Virus record (IMG/VR): IMGVR_UViG_3300038412_000041
Direction: 5' to 3' (one strand)
DNA length: 28,709 nucleotides
Origin: a virus
Taxonomy: Duplodnaviria; Heunggongvirae; Uroviricota; Caudoviricetes
In this document: piece by piece, positions 23,645 through 28,709 of the stretch
Layout of the letters: each line of letters opens with the position of its first letter
Position numbering within the stretch: the first letter of the stretch is position 1
Made by a program: the position numbers and the translations under genes
The notes under the pieces: model-generated
Databases searched by the model: none
The model's input: the letters and a program-made list of their open reading frames with translations, nothing else
What the model was told of the DNA's origin: nothing

Positions 23645-26600
23645 AGTTTCACTCCTTTCTCTCGCAGCGTCTTCCCAAGACCATTCTTAAAGTCCTTACT
23701 GTTAGTGTCAATATGAATGGCATCTTTCCAATCACTAAGTATAGGATAATGCTTGTCCAGATACTCACGCTGTTCCTTGTACTTTGGATTTCGGCGTATC
23801 TCGTAAAGCTTTGCTTCTAATTCTTCCGGGTCTGTACCATGAATCTCACCATGCTTCACAAATGCCTTTTTCATGATTTCAAGTAATGTATTTTCGTGCC
23901 AATCCCATTTTACTAATGTGTCATCAGATGCACCTATCTCAAACTCGATTTCAGGCTCCACATAAAACTTTACGCCAAAGTGCTTGGTATAGTATTCACA
24001 AACACCTATAGTCGCACACCATTGTAGTATTTGTAGACTTGCTAATGCTAGGTCTAGTTCAGCTACAGTTTTCACTGCATCATGGACAAATGACACAGTG
24101 CCACTGTCAAATCTACCTTTGCGTAGCTTGAATTTCTCTACATATTGATTCAGATGTACATCATACAGATAGCCAGCAGTCTGCCCTAGATCAGATGAGA
24201 TACCTTGAATTGGTGCATTAGCACCACGTCGTTCAGCACCTGCACTAAGATTATCAAGACCAAACAGGTGACTGAAAATGTTACGCACTCTACCAATCTT
24301 TGATACTGTGTACCCTTTAGTTACTGCTGCTTTCTTTTGAGAATCAAGGTAGTTTGCGCCTTTAGTGAAACGCTTAAAGAACCGTTTCATAAGATTTGCT
24401 ATTAGGTCTTTTGCCTGCTTCGCTTGTTTAGCAATTGATGCAGCACCTCTACCATAAATTGATCCAAATACGACACGCTTGATCGAATCGCGTTGTTCAG
24501 GTGTCACCTTGTCTACAGGAATCTCGAAGAAAAAGTTACAATTGAGTTTATGAATATCACCTACAGTATCCATCAACTCTTTGAATATTGGATTTCCTGT
24601 TTTTCTATACTGCTGTCTTAACCAGCGACCATTAACGAAAAGCTGACAAAGCAACAAATCACTACTCTCAATCGCCCACATTCTCACTTCATGAGCGCAA
24701 TTATGTACTATCAAACCATTAGCTACAAAAGCAGGGCGTTTTTGATCCTTCATAGTTAAATCAAAAACATCCGTGAGACCTCCTTCTTTTATTGATACTA
24801 TAGGTGATATGGATACATTATATGAATTATATTCTTGTAGTTGTGCTTCTGACATGTCATTCTTTTGTAAGGTAGGTAACTTACCCATACTAGAACTTTT
24901 TTCCACACAACCTTTTAACTTTTTTGAAATGCTTAGTTTATTTAAGCCGCTACCCCATATCTTAATAGAGTCCTCTACACTTAGACGTAACTGAGTAACC
25001 GTTTTTGTTTTACTAAAAGTTGTATATAATCCGTAACTATTTAATATTGCCTGCATACCGCGTAACAATTTAATACTAGCACTAGACCAGTTCAAACTTT
25101 TATTTTGCTGTATATGTCCATCACACTCTAAATAGGCAGACAAAAAACCTAACTGAGATTCTTTATCTGCTTCCAACACACTCCATGGAACATGTTTAAA
25201 ATGTGATGCAGTTTTACCATTTTTTCTACCTATCTGTGTATAAATACCTAATTCTTTCAACCAGACTACAAGTTGTTTAGACCGAATACGTACAACTAGG
25301 TGATCGTAGTTGTTATTATAAATAACTCCATTGTATAGCCTATTATCTCCTGCTTTATGTGCTATCCTGTATGAAGGCTTTACTCCGAATACTCTATAGA
25401 AGCTATCTATGTACCGTTTAATCAATTTTCTATTAGAGTTTGAAAAACTTACATTATTGCTATTGGTATCAATCCAACCTTCTGAAACTATGGCACCTAA
25501 CAACCAAGCCAAATCAGGCGTCATTATTTTCGGTTTTTGTATCTTTGCAAATGACATGGAACTTGTTTTTATATCTCTACTAGCACACCACAAATCTCTT
25601 GCTTTTACTGCATCTTTAATGTTATTGAATCCTATAACTTTATAATATTTTTTGGTGTTAGGTATTTTAATTTTAACAAGATATTTGTAAGTGGAATACT
25701 TATATACATTATTGTAACCAGAACTATTATTTGCCTGTACACCTAAACTGGACAAAGTTAAAGGCAACTTTGTTCTTCTAACAAGTTCAAAGTTGGATAA
25801 ACATAGATTGTCACCTAATACACAATGCTTTGCTTCTACCCAAGAAAAAGTACCTTGTCTAAAAACAAGCATTTTGTGTTCTGGTGTTACACGTATATAA
25901 TTTCCAGATTTCGTTTTTAAAGCTATGGTTTCTTTCTTACCCATATACGTTGCAAATACCGCAACATTGTCTCCTTTTATACTTTTAACCTTAGTCTGTA
26001 TTTCTGTTTTAACATAAGGTTTCTTTGTAGCCAGAGAATCTAATCTAACTAAACCATTGTTTGTAGGTATCAAAGAATTACCTGCAACGCAATAATCGAA
26101 TTTGATAGTGATGCCATTCTTGGGTGCTACAAAAGCTCGTTTGATTACCTTGGCCAAAGGACCACGCTGAATAATATTTTGCAGATTTGGATCAGAAGAA
26201 TTTGGTCTACCTGTTACCGTATCCAAGTATCCAAAGTTAGGACGAAGTCTATGGTCAGACATATCCTTATCTTCTTGTAGCTTACGTAAAAATCCAACTA
26301 CGTATGTGGATTTTACCTTATCTACTTGGGCCAAGTTTTTGAACGCTTCTACCTCTGGTATCTTTTTATATACCTCTTGAAACTCTTTATCTATACTTGG
26401 ACCTGTTTTTCCATAAGATACAGGTTCCAAACCAAGCTCATCAAAAAACAATGCATGTTTATGACTAGGCTTTGATAAAGAAAATATCCAGTTAACGTCA
26501 CCAAACAAAGAATCTTGCGGTATACCTGCAGCTTTCAAGAGTTTTGTGTTGACTGCTTTTACTGAAGGAAGACTAATGAATACTTCTGTCAGCTTTTTCT

Positions 26601-28023
26601 TGATTTGATCTAGAGGTCCATTTGCAAGCAGTAGTGATTTTAACCACTTGATATCTAGAAAATCTCCTCGGTGTTCCATCATTGACTGAATATGGATAAT
26701 GTTGCTCATCTGTAGCAGCATCATCTTTTTGTAGGATTCAGTGTACATCTTTCCGTTTATCAGTTTCTTTGACCTCTCTAACTGCTTTTCATAGATCAAC
26801 CAAGGTATGGTTGCATCTGCACCGCAATAGTCAATAAGTCCAGGTTCATCTATTGGTACATTGGCAATGTTCATTCGATCCTGTTTGCCAAATGCATTCT
26901 CAGAGTAAAAGTCACAACCGTACCACTTAGTTATCCACTCTAAAGAGAATGATCCTACCCTTTTACCAAGACGATTACCTATAAGATTCTCATCTAACAG
27001 GTACTCACCAGCCATCAAATCCCAAATAGGCCACTGTATAACCTGAAGCTTCAACCACTCTCTAAAAACGGTAAGATCAAATTTCAAGTTTTGACCTAAC
27101 ATAAACTTGTTAGGATCATAAGACAGAGTATCAAACTTTTTGCCAAATAGCTTCCGCATGTCGCGTCTGATTATCAAGACCTCTTCTTCGGAGAATGGAG
27201 AGTCTTGGTGTTCGACTGGAACCACATATGCTACCTTTGAAGAAAACGCAAACTGCATAAACAAAACTGTTGGATGCTTCCTACTCAAATCAACTGTTTC
27301 TGAGTCAAAGCTGAAGGCATCTACCCGCATTAATACATCAAACAGCTTTTTCCATTTGTCAATGGTATCTACTAGCTTTGTATTAGGTTTGAATTGAATG
27401 TTGTAGACAGGTTTTCTGGCAAGTGCATTACCTAAGCATTTTGACAAAAATCCCGCTAAATTCGCTACTTTTTGCGATTCCTCAGCTTCCTCTATATCTT
27501 TTTTGCTTTGATAGGCCGCAGACAAGTTTGGACCTCTGGTCCACCAGATACCGTCGTCTCTTTTTATTGGTCTACCTTGGTAGAAGAATGCGTCGCGTTC
27601 CTCGATATCTTCAAGATATGTTGAAGCCATTCTACCGAAGACAAAAATATCTGTAGGCTTGACTTTGTTAATGTATTTTCTGATACGAGATACCGAAACT
27701 CTACTGGCTACTTCTTGTAAGTTTTGAGGTAGATGCCGACACCTAAAATAGTCAAAGTTTATAGCAGCTATTTCAGGCATTCTAATACCTGAATAGTCTT
27801 GAGCCAGCTTTACGAGATTGTTGAGCAGGTTGCCTTGAGTAGCAGATAACAGTCTGCCGCTCTCAATATCTTCAGTATCAATAAACTCATAGATCAACAA
27901 GATTCTACGTTTTGCAGAAGACCAGGACGAGGATATTGGAAGACTGACGTTAAAAGGATACGTCTCTTTGCTTGCAATGTTAGCTGGAATAGGGTAGTCG
28001 TACTTGATATACTTAAAATTCAT
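23641..28023 (-). CDS. polA: family A DNA polymerase precursor: degenerate UDG-like N-domain, 3'-5' exonuclease, polymerase and one intein (spliced product about 996 aa)
   Basis: ExoI FSFDSET, ExoII GQNLKFD and ExoIII YCGADA; TVTGRPNSSDPNLQNI; IKRAFVAP; motif A FDY|CAHEVR; DIH; motif B KRVVFGSIYG; NAPIQG; motif C FVHDA. Confidence 0.95.
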   Translation of the reverse strand: MNFKYIKYDYPIPANIASKETYPFNVSLPISSSWSSAKRRILLIYEFIDTEDIESGRLLSATQGNLLNNLVKLAQDYSGIRMPEIAAINFDYFRCRHLPQNLQEVASRVSVSRIRKYINKVKPTDIFVFGRMASTYLEDIEERDAFFYQGRPIKRDDGIWWTRGPNLSAAYQSKKDIEEAEESQKVANLAGFLSKCLGNALARKPVYNIQFKPNTKLVDTIDKWKKLFDVLMRVDAFSFDSETVDLSRKHPTVLFMQFAFSSKVAYVVPVEHQDSPFSEEEVLIIRRDMRKLFGKKFDTLSYDPNKFMLGQNLKFDLTVFREWLKLQVIQWPIWDLMAGEYLLDENLIGNRLGKRVGSFSLEWITKWYGCDFYSENAFGKQDRMNIANVPIDEPGLIDYCGADATIPWLIYEKQLERSKKLINGKMYTESYKKMMLLQMSNIIHIQSMMEHRGDFLDIKWLKSLLLANGPLDQIKKKLTEVFISLPSVKAVNTKLLKAAGIPQDSLFGDVNWIFSLSKPSHKHALFFDELGLEPVSYGKTGPSIDKEFQEVYKKIPEVEAFKNLAQVDKVKSTYVVGFLRKLQEDKDMSDHRLRPNFGYLDTVTGRPNSSDPNLQNIIQRGPLAKVIKRAFVAPKNGITIKFDYCVAGNSLIPTNNGLVRLDSLATKKPYVKTEIQTKVKSIKGDNVAVFATYMGKKETIALKTKSGNYIRVTPEHKMLVFRQGTFSWVEAKHCVLGDNLCLSNFELVRRTKLPLTLSSLGVQANNSSGYNNVYKYSTYKYLVKIKIPNTKKYYKVIGFNNIKDAVKARDLWCASRDIKTSSMSFAKIQKPKIMTPDLAWLLGAIVSEGWIDTNSNNVSFSNSNRKLIKRYIDSFYRVFGVKPSYRIAHKAGDNRLYNGVIYNNNYDHLVVRIRSKQLVVWLKELGIYTQIGRKNGKTASHFKHVPWSVLEADKESQLGFLSAYLECDGHIQQNKSLNWSSASIKLLRGMQAILNSYGLYTTFSKTKTVTQLRLSVEDSIKIWGSGLNKLSISKKLKGCVEKSSSMGKLPTLQKNDMSEAQLQEYNSYNVSISPIVSIKEGGLTDVFDLTMKDQKRPAFVANGLIVHNCAHEVRMWAIESSDLLLCQLFVNGRWLRQQYRKTGNPIFKELMDTVGDIHKLNCNFFFEIPVDKVTPEQRDSIKRVVFGSIYGRGAASIAKQAKQAKDLIANLMKRFFKRFTKGANYLDSQKKAAVTKGYTVSKIGRVRNIFSHLFGLDNLSAGAERRGANAPIQGISSDLGQTAGYLYDVHLNQYVEKFKLRKGRFDSGTVSFVHDAVKTVAELDLALASLQILQWCATIGVCEYYTKHFGVKFYVEPEIEFEIGASDDTLVKWDWHENTLLEIMKKAFVKHGEIHGTDPEELEAKLYEIRRNPKYKEQREYLDKHYPILSDWKDAIHIDTNSKDFKNGLGKTLREKGVKL
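24700..26091 (-). mobile_element. intein in PolA motif A (464 aa) with LAGLIDADG endonuclease and AP2-like insert
   Basis: Starts CVAGNSLI; block B IRVTPEHKM; motifs LLGAIVSEG and FLSAYLECDG; ends VFDLTM...FVANGLIVHN with +1 Cys. Confidence 0.93.
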
Positions 28024-28049
28024 TAGGTCAGCCCATGTCGGAGCAATTG

Positions 28050-28084
28050 AAAAAGAAAGGCAGCTAGTGATCTAGTTGCCTTTT
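28050..28084. terminator. probable intrinsic terminator, possibly bidirectional
   Basis: Inverted repeat AAAGGCAGCTAG-TGAT-CTAGTTGCCTTT, followed by TTTCTTTTT on the minus strand and TTTT on the plus strand. Confidence 0.65.
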
Positions 28085-28128
28085 AACAGGCTAAAGATAT
28101 AGCCCGATGGAGGATCATTTCTACATAC

Positions 28129-28136
28129 TATTTACA
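28129..28136 (-). promoter_or_regulatory. candidate promoter box TGTAAATA upstream of polA
   Basis: Intergenic, immediately after the upstream stop codon. Same octamer as 22943-22950. Confidence 0.3.
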
Positions 28137-28137
28137 A

Positions 28138-28698
28138 CTATTTGGTTTCAGCTTGTTGTTGCTGATTTAACGTCTGTGGTTCCTCAGTAGATGGTGTTGT
28201 GGCATCCTGTACTTCATTGGATGTTTGCTTTGTAGGATCACTAGATGTAACTACAGACTCGATCTTGTCACTAGCAGGAATAACAGAAGCGGTTGTCTTT
28301 TCCTCATCCTGTACAACAGCTTCCTGGTCTTTAACTTGTACAGCTTCAGGTTCTTGAACAGTATGCTGCACTTGTTGCTGCTGGATAACAGGATGTGCTT
28401 CTTCTGCAGGAGTACCAAACCCAAACGACTCATAAGAGTTTGAAGATACCACAAGCTCTTTTTGTTCAGGAGCTTTTGCAGGCATATTTCCCAATACTTC
28501 GTTTACCTTGTCAGCAAATGCTGTAGGCAAAGAGTTAATGTTTTGTGGTTGCAACCCTCCAGTCAAAAACTTATGCTCCTTAGCCATGTGTGAGTCAAAT
28601 GTTGCTTGTGTATGAGGGTCCCAAACGCCGTCTACAGGTTTATGTAAAAGATGTAGATCACTAAGGATTGTTTGGATAGCACGTACTAAGATATTCAT
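28138..28698 (-). CDS. protein with an N-terminal peptidoglycan-binding-like domain and an acidic Q/E/T-rich disordered tail
   Basis: VRAIQTILSDLHLLHKPVDGVWDPHTQATF resembles the PG_binding_1 pattern (Q..L..LG....VDG..G..T). GGAG RBS. Confidence 0.6.
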   Translation of the reverse strand: MNILVRAIQTILSDLHLLHKPVDGVWDPHTQATFDSHMAKEHKFLTGGLQPQNINSLPTAFADKVNEVLGNMPAKAPEQKELVVSSNSYESFGFGTPAEEAHPVIQQQQVQHTVQEPEAVQVKDQEAVVQDEEKTTASVIPASDKIESVVTSSDPTKQTSNEVQDATTPSTEEPQTLNQQQQAETK

Positions 28699-28709
28699 TG
28701 TAAAGCTCC

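Noticed and set aside
1422-28443. All plus-strand ORFs in the track (e.g. 16921-17520, 199 aa; 19127-19477; 13001-13345)
   Set aside because: They are antisense shadows of well-supported minus-strand genes, with no recognisable motifs.
1-28709. Stop-codon reassignment, tRNA genes, CRISPR arrays
   Set aside because: Long intact ORFs in the standard code end in TAA, TGA and TAG. The intergenic gaps are tiny, with no cloverleaf or repeat-spacer pattern seen.

Overview
A 28.7-kb segment of a large, probably jumbo, tailed dsDNA phage genome. It is AT-rich and densely coding, uses the standard genetic code, and every credible gene is on the minus strand, many joined by 4-nt start/stop overlaps. 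In transcription order (right to left) it holds: a protein with a peptidoglycan-binding-like N-terminus; a family A DNA polymerase (degenerate uracil-DNA-glycosylase-like N-domain, 3'-5' exonuclease, one intein); a beta-clamp-like protein; an SF2 helicase; an apparently ATPase-dead DnaC/IstB-like protein; a DnaB helicase with two inteins; a MazG-like pyrophosphatase; large terminase; a small Zn-ribbon protein; portal; prohead protease; a TraR/DksA-like protein; a PcfJ-like protein; and the 5' part of an NAD-dependent DNA ligase. Two free-standing Hef-like endonuclease genes (Zn-finger repeats + Vsr/EDxHD-like nuclease + Mom/GNAT-like C-domain) sit in the head-assembly cluster. The most interesting observations are (i) a possible hybrid replisome: PolA with a QDSLF clamp-binding-like motif in the thumb, a phage-encoded clamp, a pseudo-ATPase loader and a DnaB with an acidic tail; (ii) the nuclease-Mom fusions as candidate single-chain cut-and-modify selfish elements; and (iii) an AP2-like domain inside a LAGLIDADG intein. 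All calls come from motif recognition by eye; no searches were run.
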